DNA from: Clostridia bacterium
GTDB lineage: Bacteria > Bacillota > Clostridia > Christensenellales > Aristaeellaceae
NCBI GenBank assembly: GCA_045617125.1
Contig: JAZLIA010000137.1
Coordinates: 1 to 16,644 of the forward strand
Reading direction: 5' to 3'
Length of the DNA stretch: 16,644 nt
Positions 8,150-16,644 of this stretch are shown piece after piece (position 1 is the stretch's first letter; each line of letters opens with the position of its first letter). Under the pieces are notes generated by a model. It was not told the DNA's origin and did not search any database. It saw only the letters and a program-made list of their open reading frames with translations. A program made the translations under genes and the position numbers.

Positions 8150-8461
8150 ATGGCGCTTGAATTACTGGAAAAAGTACGCGCCGCCGAAGGCGAAGCAGCG
8201 CGGATCATGAGCGAAGCACAGTCTCAGGCGCGGGAAATGGTAAAGGCTGTGGAAGAAGCGTGCCTGAATCGGGAACGTGAAGAAAACGCCGGGCTGAGAC
8301 AGATGTATCAGAACGAAATTGAACGCAGAAGAGCGGATATCGCGGCGGAGATCTCCGGAAAGGCCCGCGGTGACCGCACAGAAAGAGAAAAGCTGCTCAA
8401 GGCAGGGAGAGAACATGTTCCCGATGCCGCGGCGATGATTTTTGAGAGGATAACAGAATAA
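8150..8461 (+). CDS. V/A-type ATPase small peripheral-stalk subunit (G/H-like; equivalent to E. hirae NtpF position)
   Basis: A 103 aa, highly charged, Ala/Glu/Arg-rich predicted coiled coil (LEKVRAAEGEAARIMSEAQSQAREMVKAVEEA...). It is the first gene of the operon, and its stop overlaps the subunit I start (TAATG at 8459..8463). The assignment rests on position and composition rather than strong motifs. Confidence 0.6.
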   Translation: MALELLEKVRAAEGEAARIMSEAQSQAREMVKAVEEACLNREREENAGLRQMYQNEIERRRADIAAEISGKARGDRTEREKLLKAGREHVPDAAAMIFERITE

Positions 8462-10395
8462 TGGCAATTGCTCAAATGAAGCATCTGCTCATGCTATCTC
8501 CTTTATCCGACGAAAATAAGCTGCTCAGGGCGATGCAGAAGCTCCGGTGCGTTCAGATCGAAAAAAATGAAGAAGCCGGAGACACGGTTCCTGCTGTGGA
8601 GGGGATCGAGCAGACCCGGGATCATCTCAAACGCATCCTCTGGGCTCTGGACAAGCTGGCCAGGTTTGACCGGGATCCCAAACCGATGTTCAATACCTTC
8701 CCCGAGGCGGACGCGCAGGCTGTTGCCGAAACAGAAGCGAACAGGGAAGAATTGCTCGGAATGATCGGCCGGATGGAGGAAGCGGAGAGACGCAGGAATG
8801 AGATGCATGCGCAGGATGTGCATGATCAGGCCTGGCTGGATCAGTACAGACCCTGGAGCGGGCTTGACGAGCCTCCCGGAAAGATCCTGACTGCGAGGGG
8901 AACGGTGCGCTTCGTTTTAGGAACGCTTCCTGCCAGCAGCCTTGGAAAGCTGGAAGATGAATTGACCAAACTGGGCCTGAGCGGATACGAACAGGTGGGA
9001 ACAAACCGGGATCAGGCCTGTGTGCTGGTTTCCTGTCACCGGGAGAAGGAAAAAGAACTGTCGGCCATATTGGATGCGTGCGATTTTACCACAGAGAATT
9101 TTCTGCCGCCTGGAGATCAAAACATACCGGATTTCATCAGCGGGATCGAGAAAAATCTGAAGGAGCGGGATGAAGAAAGGGCCAGGCTCGACCAGGATAT
9201 CGTCTTCTGTTCGGAAAACATCCCACAGCTGAAAATCCTGTATGAGCTGGAATCTGCAGAACTGCGAAGAAAGGAAAGTGCCCAGCGGTTTATTGTGACG
9301 GAGAGCACCTTCCTGATGACCGGATGGGTTCCGGCTGAGAATGCGGACAGGCTGACTGCGAAGATAAGCGAGATCTCGCCTTCCACCTGTATTGAACTGA
9401 GAGACCCGGAGGAAAGTGAGAACCCGCCTATCAGGTTGAAGAACACCCGTTTTGCATCGGCCTTTGAGCCGGTGGTGGAAGGCTATTCGCTGCCCGATTA
9501 CCGGGGAATCGATCCTACTGCCGTAATGGCTCCCTTCTATGCCTGTCTGTTCGGTATGATGGTATCGGATGCGGGCTACGGCGCTTTGATGGTGCTGGCC
9601 CTGCCTGTTTTCATGAAGATCCGGAAGATCCGGTTTGAAAATGCTAAAATGCTGTGGCTGCTTACCTGGGGAGGCGTGGCCACGGTGATATGGGGACTTA
9701 TCTACAACACGGTATTCGGCTTCAATCCCTTACCGGTCAGTATTCTGGACAGTGTAAACAATTCGCTGCCTGTAATGGCTGTGTGTGTGGGAATGGGTGC
9801 GATACATCTGTTCACGGGTCTTGGCGTGGGCGCCTATATGAATTTCAAGCGACACCAGCCAATGGCTGCTTTTGCGGATCAGATCGCCTGGGCGACTTTG
9901 CTGATCGGTCTTGGTCTTCTGATCCTGGGGGATCCCATGAAAAAAGTGGGGATCGCCCTGGCTCTCGCAAGCGTCCTTATCATTCTTCTTTTTACCAAAC
10001 GCGGTGAAAAGAACCCTCTCAAGCGTATTACCGGCGGCCTTGGCGCTCTCTACGGGATCACCAGCTGGGTAAGCGATCTGCTCAGTTATATGCGCCTGTT
10101 CGGTATGGGACTTGCGACCGGTGTGATCGGCATGGTGTTCAATCAGCTGATCGGCATGGTATGGGATGCCGGTGTGATCGGCAAGGTGCTGGGAGCAGTG
10201 CTGTTTGTGGGCTGTCATGGCTTTAACCTGGCGATCAATGCGCTTGGCGCCTATGTTCACAGCTGCCGATTGCAGTACATTGAATTCTTTGGGAAATTTT
10301 ATGAAGAAGGCGGAAAGCCTTTTGAACCTCTGGATACCAAAACGAAGTATGTCAGCATCTCTGCCGGTGAAAATGCGGACGGATGCGGGATATAA
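8461..10395 (+). CDS. atpI: V/A-type ATPase subunit I (a-subunit, membrane stator/ion channel)
   Basis: A 644 aa protein with a soluble N-terminal half of about 330 aa containing coiled-coil segments, followed by about 7 to 8 TM helices. The conserved stator arginine context is present (DLLSYMRLFGMGLATG). It occupies the expected position between the G-like gene and the proteolipid gene. Confidence 0.88.
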   Translation: MAIAQMKHLLMLSPLSDENKLLRAMQKLRCVQIEKNEEAGDTVPAVEGIEQTRDHLKRILWALDKLARFDRDPKPMFNTFPEADAQAVAETEANREELLGMIGRMEEAERRRNEMHAQDVHDQAWLDQYRPWSGLDEPPGKILTARGTVRFVLGTLPASSLGKLEDELTKLGLSGYEQVGTNRDQACVLVSCHREKEKELSAILDACDFTTENFLPPGDQNIPDFISGIEKNLKERDEERARLDQDIVFCSENIPQLKILYELESAELRRKESAQRFIVTESTFLMTGWVPAENADRLTAKISEISPSTCIELRDPEESENPPIRLKNTRFASAFEPVVEGYSLPDYRGIDPTAVMAPFYACLFGMMVSDAGYGALMVLALPVFMKIRKIRFENAKMLWLLTWGGVATVIWGLIYNTVFGFNPLPVSILDSVNNSLPVMAVCVGMGAIHLFTGLGVGAYMNFKRHQPMAAFADQIAWATLLIGLGLLILGDPMKKVGIALALASVLIILLFTKRGEKNPLKRITGGLGALYGITSWVSDLLSYMRLFGMGLATGVIGMVFNQLIGMVWDAGVIGKVLGAVLFVGCHGFNLAINALGAYVHSCRLQYIEFFGKFYEEGGKPFEPLDTKTKYVSISAGENADGCGI

Positions 10396-10424
10396 CACGA
10401 TGAAACGAATTGGAGGAAATTCTT

Positions 10425-10901
10425 ATGGAACTTGGACAGATTCTTGCTCTTTGCGGCGCGGCTATCGCAGTGATCCTGACCGGTATCGGTTCCAGTAAGG
10501 GCGTTGGCCTGGCCGGTGAAACGGCTGCCGGTGTCAACAGTGAAAATCCCGATGTGTCCAGCAAACTGCTGGTCCTTCAGCTGCTGCCTGCGACCCAGGG
10601 TATTTATGGCTTCCTGATCGGCGTTATCGTTTTGATCAACACCGGTGTTCTGAGCGGAAACATGGTGCCTGTGACACTGGTTCAGGGCATTCAATTCGTC
10701 GTTGCCTGCCTGCCCATTGCCATCGTTGGTTACTACTCCGCTATCAAGCAGGCCAAGGTTGCTGCCGCCGGTATGCTGATGACCGGTCAGCGTCCCGAAA
10801 TGAGCGGTAAGGGTGTTACCATGGCGGTTATGGTGGAGACCTACGCTGTGTTTGCCCTGCTGGTATCCTTCCTGATGGTCAACGCGATCAAGCTGGGATA
10901 A
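10425..10901 (+). CDS. atpK: V/A-type ATPase proteolipid subunit K (c-ring, four-helix double hairpin)
   Basis: The start was set at ATG 10425, which lies 8 nt after GGAGG (10412..10416), rather than at TTG 10410. The 158 aa product has four hydrophobic helices. GIGSSKGVG, LLPATQGIYGF, KQAKVAAAG and MVETYAV closely parallel Enterococcus hirae NtpK. Confidence 0.9.
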   Translation: MELGQILALCGAAIAVILTGIGSSKGVGLAGETAAGVNSENPDVSSKLLVLQLLPATQGIYGFLIGVIVLINTGVLSGNMVPVTLVQGIQFVVACLPIAIVGYYSAIKQAKVAAAGMLMTGQRPEMSGKGVTMAVMVETYAVFALLVSFLMVNAIKLG

Positions 10902-10924
10902 ACGAAACAAAAAGGAAAATAAGC

Positions 10925-11521
10925 ATGGATATTCAGGAAATGCTCAATAAGATCACCGGGGATGCAAAGGCAAACGCGGCTGCTGTGCTGGAAGAAGCAA
11001 AGGGAAAAACCCTGGCTATGACTGAGCAGATGGAAAAGAGGATCGCCGAGCAGAAGGAGCAGGTCCTCCGCCGTGTCGAAGATGAGACCCTGGAAATGCG
11101 CGACCGTATGAATCGTATGGCTGAGCTGGAAGAGAAAAAGGAGCGGCTGAAGATCAAGCGTCAGGTGCTGGATGAAGCCTTTGATGCAGCCAGAGTGAAG
11201 CTGGAGAAAATGTCTTCTTCCGGAAAGCGTGCCCTTTTTCTGAAGCTTGCCGCCGAAAACGCAGAGGGAGAGATGCGTTTGTTCCCGGGTTCCGTTGGAA
11301 GCGAATGGTTCGATAAAAGCTTTACGGAGGATGCGAACAGGCTGCTTCTTTCTCAGGGAAAAGACGCGCATATCGAAGCCGGAGAAGGAAAAACGGAAGG
11401 CTGCGGTTTTGTTTTGCGCAATGATTCTTCTGCCGTGGATTGCACGATGGAAGCACTGCTGAGTGCAAGAAGGCTAGAACTGGAAACAGAAGCCGCCGGT
11501 ATTCTTTTCCAGGAACGCTGA
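10925..11521 (+). CDS. atpE: V/A-type ATPase subunit E (peripheral stalk)
   Basis: A 198 aa protein with a long charged N-terminal helix (ITGDAKANAAAVLEEAKGKTLAMTEQMEKRIAEQKEQVLRRVEDE...) and a globular C-terminal domain. It sits in the canonical position after K. RBS AAGGAAA precedes the ATG. Confidence 0.8.
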   Translation: MDIQEMLNKITGDAKANAAAVLEEAKGKTLAMTEQMEKRIAEQKEQVLRRVEDETLEMRDRMNRMAELEEKKERLKIKRQVLDEAFDAARVKLEKMSSSGKRALFLKLAAENAEGEMRLFPGSVGSEWFDKSFTEDANRLLLSQGKDAHIEAGEGKTEGCGFVLRNDSSAVDCTMEALLSARRLELETEAAGILFQER

Positions 11522-11541
11522 GGAAACGGAGGAGTACCTCA

Positions 11542-12510
11542 TTGTCACAGGACAGTATTTACTACGCGGCAGGCAGGCTGAGTGTGCTGCAGAAAAACAT
11601 TCTGGACCAGTCTAAGCTGGAACGGGTGCTTCAGGCGGACACAGCGGAAAACGCTGCCAATGTGCTGGGTGAGCTGGGGTGGAATTGCGACGGCGATTGG
11701 GAACGATTTGCTTTCGATCATTTCAATGAGGCTGTGCGTCTGGTGTGCCGACTGATCCCGGAACCCCGCCTTGCGGATGCATGTCTGCTTCGTTATGACA
11801 TCAATAACCTGAAGATCCTCTATAAGGCGCGCTGTCTGAATGTACCCTACGGGGAGCTTTCCTCCTGCGGAGTGACAGACAGGGCAAAGCTGATCCGCGC
11901 CGTGTATGAGAAAAAGTATACCGATCTTCCGGAAATGATTGTGAAAGCCATGGAGAGGATCGAGAAGCGGCTTATGCTGCGGGATGATCCGCTTTATATC
12001 GACTGTGAACTGGATAAGGCAATGTATCAGCGGATCTTTGAGATCCTGGAAAAGAAGGATACGGCAGCCAGAAAGTATTTCACGGCGAAAGTGGATATCG
12101 TGAACTATATCATGGTGCTCAGAGGGCTGCACATGAACATTTCTCTTTCCATGCTCCGGGATATGCTGATTCCCTGCGGTAAGGTGGCTATAGGTACATG
12201 GATCAAAACGGCTGAGAAACCGGAAAAGCTCTGCCTTCTGCTGCATGATTACGGGACGGAACTGTACCGTGCCGCTGTGCAGGCCGGAACAGATTATCAT
12301 CTGCTTGCGGGGCTTGAAAAGAAGGCGGATGATTATCTGCTTTCTGTGTACCGTCCTTATAAAAACAGCATGGAGGGTCCCGAGAGGATCATTGCCTATC
12401 TGCTGATGAGAGAAAGGGAGTCATCTGCGGTGAAGCTGATTATGGCCGGAAAAAAGAACGGCTTTTCCAACGAAGTGATCCGGGAAAGGCTGCGTGAACT
12501 GTATGCCTGA
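11542..12510 (+). CDS. atpC: V/A-type ATPase subunit C (eukaryotic d-subunit homologue, rotor socket)
   Basis: The track ORF starts at 11440, inside atpE. An in-frame TTG at 11542 lies 7 nt after GGAGGAG (11529..11535) and gives MSQDSIYYAAGRLSVLQKNIL..., which is typical of subunit C N-termini. The resulting 322 aa all-helical protein sits in the canonical position between E and F. Confidence 0.8.
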   Translation: MSQDSIYYAAGRLSVLQKNILDQSKLERVLQADTAENAANVLGELGWNCDGDWERFAFDHFNEAVRLVCRLIPEPRLADACLLRYDINNLKILYKARCLNVPYGELSSCGVTDRAKLIRAVYEKKYTDLPEMIVKAMERIEKRLMLRDDPLYIDCELDKAMYQRIFEILEKKDTAARKYFTAKVDIVNYIMVLRGLHMNISLSMLRDMLIPCGKVAIGTWIKTAEKPEKLCLLLHDYGTELYRAAVQAGTDYHLLAGLEKKADDYLLSVYRPYKNSMEGPERIIAYLLMRERESSAVKLIMAGKKNGFSNEVIRERLRELYA

Positions 12511-12838
12511 TAAGAGAAATGCAATTGGCGCAGTAGGCGAAAAGGATGTAGTGTATGCCTTTCGCGTGATCGGAATGGAAGCCCGTGAGGCTGAGACGCC
12601 TGAGGAGATCGGTAAAGCGGTGTTCAAGCTGGTTCGCGAAGGAGTGCGTATTATCCTGATAACCGAGTCTGCAGCACGGGAGATCCCGGATATTATTGAA
12701 AAATACAAGAGCGATCCCGAGGTCGCCCTGATCCCTGTTCCTGGAAGCAGCGGAACAGATGGGTATGGTATGGAACAGGTTCATGCCAATGTTGAAAAGG
12801 CCATCGGCACGGACATACTGAAAAACAGCGAGAACTAA
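12503..12838 (+). CDS. atpF: V/A-type ATPase subunit F
   Basis: About 111 aa. [19 protein letters not shown]...[21 protein letters not shown]...ALIPVPG matches the F-subunit pattern (V-ATPase_F fold). ATG 12503 overlaps the atpC stop (ATGCCTGA). GTG 12494 is an alternative start. Confidence 0.85.
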   Translation: MPDKRNAIGAVGEKDVVYAFRVIGMEAREAETPEEIGKAVFKLVREGVRIILITESAAREIPDIIEKYKSDPEVALIPVPGSSGTDGYGMEQVHANVEKAIGTDILKNSEN

Positions 12839-12849
12839 GGAGAACTCAT

Positions 12850-14613
12850 ATGGCACAGGGAACGATTGTTAAGGTTGCGGGTCCTCTGATCCTGGCAAGC
12901 GGCATGAGCGAAGTACGTATGTACGATGTGGTGCGCGTCAGCGAAAAGCGTCTTGTCGGTGAAATTATCGAGCTCAGAGGCGACCTTGCGTCCATTCAGG
13001 TATATGAAGAAACAAGCGGTCTGGGCCCCGGTGAGCCAGTTGAATCGACCGGTGCACCGCTTTCTGTTGAGCTTGGACCCGGCCTGATCGAATCCATTTT
13101 TGACGGAATCCAACGCCCGCTGAATAAGATCCGTGATCTGGCGGGTGAAAGGATCAGCAGGGGCATTGAAGTGACTTCCCTGGATCATGAGAAGGTGTGG
13201 AAGTTTGAGCCCCGCGTGAAGGTGGGCGACCGGGTAGGTGAAGGAGATATCATCGGCGTTGTTCAGGAAACAGCCGTGGTAGAGCATCGCATCATGGTGC
13301 CTTACAGGATCTCCGGATTGGTCACCGAGATCCGTCCCGGCAATGCCAAGCTGGATGATACCGTGTGTGTTGTGAAGGATGATAAGGGAAACAGTCATAA
13401 GCTGACGCTCCTGCAGAAGTGGCCTGTGAGAAAGGGACGCCCTTACCGTGAAAAGATGGCGCCCCGTTCCCCGATGATCACCGGACAGCGTGTTATTGAC
13501 ACTCTGTTCCCGATCGCTTCCGGCGGTGTGGCTGCGGTTCCCGGTCCTTTCGGAAGCGGAAAGACAGTTGTGCAGCATCAGTTGGCAAAGTGGGCGGATG
13601 CAGATATTATCGTGTATGTCGGCTGCGGCGAGCGCGGCAATGAAATGACCGATGTGCTGATGGAATTCCCGGAATTGCATGATCCCAGAACCGGGGAAAG
13701 CCTGATGAAACGCACGGTTCTGATCGCGAACACCTCCGACATGCCTGTGGCTGCCCGTGAGGCTTCCATTTACACCGGCATCACCATTGCGGAATATTTC
13801 CGTGATATGGGTTATAAAGTGGCCATCATGGCCGATTCCACCAGCCGCTGGGCTGAAGCTTTGCGTGAAATGAGCGGCCGTCTGGAGGAAATGCCCGGTG
13901 AAGAAGGCTATCCTGCCTATCTTACGAGCCGTATTGCCGAATTCTATGAGCGTGCCGGTTATGTGAAATGCCTGGGTTCTGACGGGCGTGAAGGCACGAT
14001 CAGCGCAATTGGCGCCGTGTCGCCTCCGGGCGGTGATATTTCCGAGCCGGTATCGCAGGCCACTCTGCGCATCGTGAAGGTGTTCTGGGGACTGTCGGCT
14101 CAGTTGGCTTATAAGCGTCATTTCCCTGCGATCGACTGGCTGCAGAGCTATTCGCTGTATGTCAGTTCGATCGGTGACTGGTTCAACGATAACGTTGCCC
14201 CCGATTGGCTCCAATTGCGCACGCAGGCAATGCAGGTGCTGCAGAAGGAAGCGGAACTGGACGAGATCGTACGTCTGGTCGGTATTGATGCACTTTCCTG
14301 GAAGGACAGGCTCACGCTTGAAGTGGCCCGTTCGCTTCGTGAGGATTATCTGCATCAGAACGCGTTTGATGAAGTGGACACCTATACTTCGCCTGAAAAA
14401 CAGTATCACATGCTGCGCCTCATTCTCCAGTTCGGTGAAAAGGGGAGAACTGCGCTCGAACAGGGCGCGACTCTCAGACAGATCCTGTCTCTTTCGGTGA
14501 GGGAAAAGATCGGACGTGCCAAATATATCCGTGAAGAGAATATCCGCGATTTCGGTAAGATCGAATCTGAATTGAGCAGCGAAATGGCGGCGCTGACCGA
14601 GGAAGGAGCCTGA
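12850..14613 (+). CDS. atpA: V/A-type ATPase catalytic subunit A
   Basis: A 587 aa protein with Walker [10 protein letters not shown] and Walker B region [19 protein letters not shown]. The A-subunit-specific non-homologous insertion is present in the N-terminal third. Other matches are [10 protein letters not shown] and [20 protein letters not shown] lies at 12837..12843. Confidence 0.96.
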   Translation: MAQGTIVKVAGPLILASGMSEVRMYDVVRVSEKRLVGEIIELRGDLASIQVYEETSGLGPGEPVESTGAPLSVELGPGLIESIFDGIQRPLNKIRDLAGERISRGIEVTSLDHEKVWKFEPRVKVGDRVGEGDIIGVVQETAVVEHRIMVPYRISGLVTEIRPGNAKLDDTVCVVKDDKGNSHKLTLLQKWPVRKGRPYREKMAPRSPMITGQRVIDTLFPIASGGVAAVPGPFGSGKTVVQHQLAKWADADIIVYVGCGERGNEMTDVLMEFPELHDPRTGESLMKRTVLIANTSDMPVAAREASIYTGITIAEYFRDMGYKVAIMADSTSRWAEALREMSGRLEEMPGEEGYPAYLTSRIAEFYERAGYVKCLGSDGREGTISAIGAVSPPGGDISEPVSQATLRIVKVFWGLSAQLAYKRHFPAIDWLQSYSLYVSSIGDWFNDNVAPDWLQLRTQAMQVLQKEAELDEIVRLVGIDALSWKDRLTLEVARSLREDYLHQNAFDEVDTYTSPEKQYHMLRLILQFGEKGRTALEQGATLRQILSLSVREKIGRAKYIREENIRDFGKIESELSSEMAALTEEGA

Positions 14614-14618
14614 GCCCT

Positions 14619-16010
14619 ATGATGAAGGAATATAATACCATCCGTGAGGTCGTCGGTCCCCTGATGCTGGTTGAAGGCGTAAAGGGCGTAAAATACAACG
14701 AGTTGGTGGAGATCGAACAGGCAGACGGCGAGAAACGCATGGGAAAGGTGCTGGAGGTGGAAGGCGACAAGGCCATGGTGCAGCTTTTTGAAAGCAGCAA
14801 TGGCTTGCAGATCCACACCGCGAAGGCGCGCTTTCTGGGCAGAGGAATCGAGCTTTCGGTTTCAGAGGATATGCTGGGCCGTGTATTTGACGGAATGGGC
14901 AATCCCAAGGACGGAGGGCCTGAGATCATTCCCGAGAAGCGGATGGATATCAATGGAGAGCCTCTCAATCCTGCTGCACGCGATTACCCCAGTGAATTCA
15001 TCCAGACCGGCATCAGTGCGATTGACGGTTTGAACACTCTGGTGCGCGGACAAAAGCTTCCTGTGTTCTCAGGAAGCGGTCTTCCTCATGCTCAGCTGGC
15101 TACCCAGATCGCCCGTCAGGCAAAGGTATTGGGCAAGGACAGTAAGTTTGCTGTGGTGTTTGCCGCTATTGGTATCACTTTTGAAGAGGCTGATTATTTC
15201 ATCAGCGATTTCAAAAAGACCGGTGCGATCGAACGAGCTGTGCTGTTTATGAATCTGGCTAATGACCCTGCCATTGAGCGTATCGCTACACCTAAAATGG
15301 CATTGACGGCAGCTGAGTATCTGGCTTATGAAAAAGGAATGCACGTGCTGGTGATCATCACGGATATCACCAACTATGCTGAAGCGCTTCGCGAGGTGTC
15401 TGCTGCACGTAAGGAAGTGCCCGGACGCCGTGGCTATCCCGGCTACCTGTATACCGACCTGGCAACGATGTATGAACGTGCAGGCCGTGTGAAAGGAAAG
15501 GAAGGCTCCATTACGCAGATCCCGATCCTGACCATGCCCGAGGATGATAAGACCCATCCTATTCCCGACCTGACCGGCTATATCACCGAGGGACAGATCA
15601 TCCTGTCCCGTGAACTGTACCGTAAGGGAATCGAACCTCCCATCGATGTGATGCCTTCTTTGAGCCGACTGAAGGATAAGGGCATCGGAAAGGGAAAGAC
15701 CAGGGAGGATCATGCGCCTACGATGAACCAGCTTTTTGCCGCATACTCAAGGGGCAAGGATGCGAAGGAACTGGCAGTCATTCTGGGCGAAGCGGCTCTT
15801 TCTGATGTGGATAAGCAGTATGCCGCTTTTGCTGATGCGTTTGAAAAAGAATATGTCAGTCAGGGCTATCGCTCCAACCGTCCCATTGAGGAGACCCTGG
15901 AGATTGGCTGGAAGCTGCTGGCTATGCTGCCCAGAAGCGAACTCAAGCGTATCCGTGACGACATGCTGGACCGATATCTACCGGTGAAAGAGGAGGAAAA
16001 CCATGGCTGA
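14619..16010 (+). CDS. atpB: V/A-type ATPase non-catalytic subunit B
   Basis: A 463 aa protein. It has a degenerate P-loop (SGSGLPH), [43 protein letters not shown] and [25 protein letters not shown], all typical of V-type B subunits. Confidence 0.96.
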   Translation: MMKEYNTIREVVGPLMLVEGVKGVKYNELVEIEQADGEKRMGKVLEVEGDKAMVQLFESSNGLQIHTAKARFLGRGIELSVSEDMLGRVFDGMGNPKDGGPEIIPEKRMDINGEPLNPAARDYPSEFIQTGISAIDGLNTLVRGQKLPVFSGSGLPHAQLATQIARQAKVLGKDSKFAVVFAAIGITFEEADYFISDFKKTGAIERAVLFMNLANDPAIERIATPKMALTAAEYLAYEKGMHVLVIITDITNYAEALREVSAARKEVPGRRGYPGYLYTDLATMYERAGRVKGKEGSITQIPILTMPEDDKTHPIPDLTGYITEGQIILSRELYRKGIEPPIDVMPSLSRLKDKGIGKGKTREDHAPTMNQLFAAYSRGKDAKELAVILGEAALSDVDKQYAAFADAFEKEYVSQGYRSNRPIEETLEIGWKLLAMLPRSELKRIRDDMLDRYLPVKEEENHG

Positions 16011-16644
16011 GCCGCTGCGTGTGAATCCGACCCGGATGGAACTGACACGCATCAAGAAGCGCCTGGTTACCGCAGTGCGCGGCCACAAGCTACTCAAGGA
16101 CAAGCGTGATGAAATGGTGCGGCAGTTTATCACACTCGTAAGAGAGAATGCCGCGCTGCGCAGGGAAGTGGAGAAGGACCTGAAGGGGGCTCTTGGCAAC
16201 TTCGCACTGGCGAGAGCCGTTATGGACCCTGTCGCTGTCGAGGAAGCCGTACTGTATCCTGCAAGGAAGATCGCGATCCGCACCGAGTTTAAAAATATTC
16301 TTTCTGTGCATGTGCCGCATATTGTGATGGATGAAAACCAGAAGAATGACGAAGTGATTCTTTCTTATGGTTTTGCCGAAACTTCTGCCCAATTGGATGA
16401 TGCGATCTCGGTGATGGCGGGTGTGCTCCCAAAGCTGCTTAAGCTGGCTGAGATCGAGAAAAGCTGCGATCTTCTTGCCGATGAGATCGAAAAGACCCGG
16501 AGAAGGGTGAATGCGCTGGAATATGTGATGATCCCGCAGTTTGAGGCAACGATACGCCAGATTTCGATGAAGCTGGAAGAAAACGAGCGCGGTTCCACCA
16601 CCCGGCTGATGAAAGTGAAGGATATGATCGCCGAGCGAAATTAA
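16003..16644 (+). CDS. atpD: V/A-type ATPase central-stalk subunit D
   Basis: A 213 aa protein. [36 protein letters not shown] and the C-terminal [32 protein letters not shown] are hallmark D-subunit helices. The start overlaps the atpB stop (ATGGCTGA). The TAA stop is the last codon of the window. Confidence 0.93.
   Translation: MAEPLRVNPTRMELTRIKKRLVTAVRGHKLLKDKRDEMVRQFITLVRENAALRREVEKDLKGALGNFALARAVMDPVAVEEAVLYPARKIAIRTEFKNILSVHVPHIVMDENQKNDEVILSYGFAETSAQLDDAISVMAGVLPKLLKLAEIEKSCDLLADEIEKTRRRVNALEYVMIPQFEATIRQISMKLEENERGSTTRLMKVKDMIAERN

Noticed and set aside
9730-10910. Minus-strand ORFs of 222 aa and 203 aa. Similar antisense ORFs occur at 11545..12300, 15069..15713, 14406..14968 and 15978..16601.
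   Set aside because: All are antisense to well-supported V-ATPase subunit genes. Their composition is His/Gln/Arg/Ser-rich and they have no start context.
12835-14409. A 524 aa minus-strand ORF
   Set aside because: It is antisense to the V-ATPase A subunit gene, which has Walker A/B motifs and canonical operon context. It is a shadow ORF.

Overview
This 16.6 kb window looks like a chromosomal, mostly housekeeping and bioenergetic segment from a Firmicutes/Clostridia-like anaerobe. The taxon is inferred from gene content, gene order and SigA-type promoters and was not computed.

Gene order from left to right:
1. A decayed IS66-family transposase remnant on the minus strand, running off the left edge.
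2. A TraX-family membrane protein.
3. tRNA(Ile)-lysidine synthetase (tilS).
4. A convergent membrane-integral pyrophosphatase (hppA, minus strand).
5. A divergently transcribed membrane sensor with an HD-GYP (c-di-GMP phosphodiesterase type) output domain.
6. upp.
7. Starting only 20 bp after upp, a complete nine-gene bacterial V/A-type ATPase operon in the order G/H-like, I, K, E, C, F, A, B, D. It ends exactly at the window's right edge.

I found no rRNA, tRNA, CRISPR array, defence system, toxin-antitoxin pair or biosynthetic cluster, and I cannot honestly point to a clearly undescribed system here.

Observations most worth a second look:
- Both ion pumps carry sequence signatures of Na+ coupling. 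The K-subunit has all five E. hirae NtpK Na+ ligands. The PPase has the K+-dependent Ala and a Glu at the Na+-type position.
- The V-type operon sits immediately after upp, where Bacillus-type genomes carry the F1Fo atp operon.
- The PPase is noticeably divergent in otherwise invariant motifs.
- The HD-GYP protein has an extracytoplasmic solute-binding-protein-like sensor domain plus an unnamed PAS-like middle domain.
- The transposase relic carries three independent lesions.

The long antisense ORFs in the track are codon-bias shadows and were rejected.
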